Assembly (NCBI RefSeq): GCF_004010195.1
Contig: NC_057719.1
Coordinates: 81,831,915-81,895,914 of the forward strand
DNA from: Chiloscyllium plagiosum
Taxonomy: Eukaryota
Direction: 5' to 3'
Length of the DNA stretch: 64,000 bases
The notes beneath the pieces were generated by a model. It saw nothing but the letters and a program-made list of their open reading frames with translations. It did not search any database and was not told the DNA's origin. The position numbers and the translations under genes were made by a program. Below are positions 63,241-64,000 of this stretch, in pieces (position 1 is the stretch's first letter; the number at the start of each line of letters is the position of its first letter).

Positions 63241-64000
63241 TATTCCCACTTCCTTTCGCCCTTCAGATAGCTGATATGCTGTGATTTTGAGATAGTCACA
63301 AAGGGAGACATTGCAGTAAGTGCAGTGAACGTCTCCCTGCAGTCTGCCTCAGAGAAGATTATTACAAGGAACCTCCTCAACTTCCTCTTCCCAGGGACTG
63401 AGGAATTCCTTCCAGAGTCATAGTGCAGGTCCGTACAGCCAGAGGCACTGTGTAATGGGTTAAGGTGATGGAGGGTAAACATATTCACATGGGCAAAGGG
63501 GAGAATGGCCTTTTCTCCTGTTCAAGTGCTACAGAATCTTTTACCCCCACATGAGGGGGCAGTAGAGCCTCGGTTTAATATCTTCAAAAGTCGGCACCTC
63601 CAGCAATGCAGCACTCCCTGGAGTGTCAGCAAGGACATTGTGCTCTCTGGCAAACAGGGCTCTCAGTTTAAACGTCACCATTAAAAGGTGGCATTTGTTG
63701 ACATTGCAGCCAGTCCTCCAGACTACCCTGGATTTTCAGCCTCAACTTTTGTCCTCAAACTGGTGCCTAAGAAAGTAGAGAGCTACCCACTGAACCTTAG
63801 CTGACGTGCATTTGAACAGCTCATTAACTCACTGGAATACAGCCTTGGGATGCAGACAACAAAAGAATTTGCTCCTACGTTGCCTCTGATCAAACAGAGG
63901 CTGAGACAACCACAGAGGTACTGAACAGCTGGTGAACATGCAAGTTTTACCGTTTAACATTTAATACAACCTGACATTTCATAGCAATATATTTCCCCTT

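Noticed and set aside
1..64000. CRISPR array, prokaryotic operon, rRNA or host protein-coding gene
   Set aside because: There is no regular repeat-spacer array or rRNA motif, and every recognisable coding motif is retroelement-derived

Overview
Vertebrate non-coding DNA with several N gaps. It is most likely from a cartilaginous fish (inferred from HE1-type tRNA SINEs and CR1 LINEs with an esterase ORF1). I find no recognisable host gene. Most of the window is nested, decayed retroelements: CR1 LINEs, L2 and Rex1/Babar fragments, tRNA SINEs, two Gypsy elements with the Gmr1-type order PR-IN-RT-RH, and solo LTRs. Between them are several repeat-free islands that look like enhancers. The most notable system is Penelope-like elements (PLEs) carrying minimal type I hammerhead ribozyme (HHR) motifs. 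One is a 5-kb inverted two-arm insertion (13624-18697) with a perfect 12-bp target-site duplication (TSD), whose left end stops about 2 nt from the predicted ribozyme cleavage site. There are also six 115-550 bp inverted-repeat mini-insertions made only of the HHR and the terminal tail, each with its own 11-17 bp TSD and the same tails-outward geometry. Boundaries of old elements are approximate and family names come from motif reading, not database searches.
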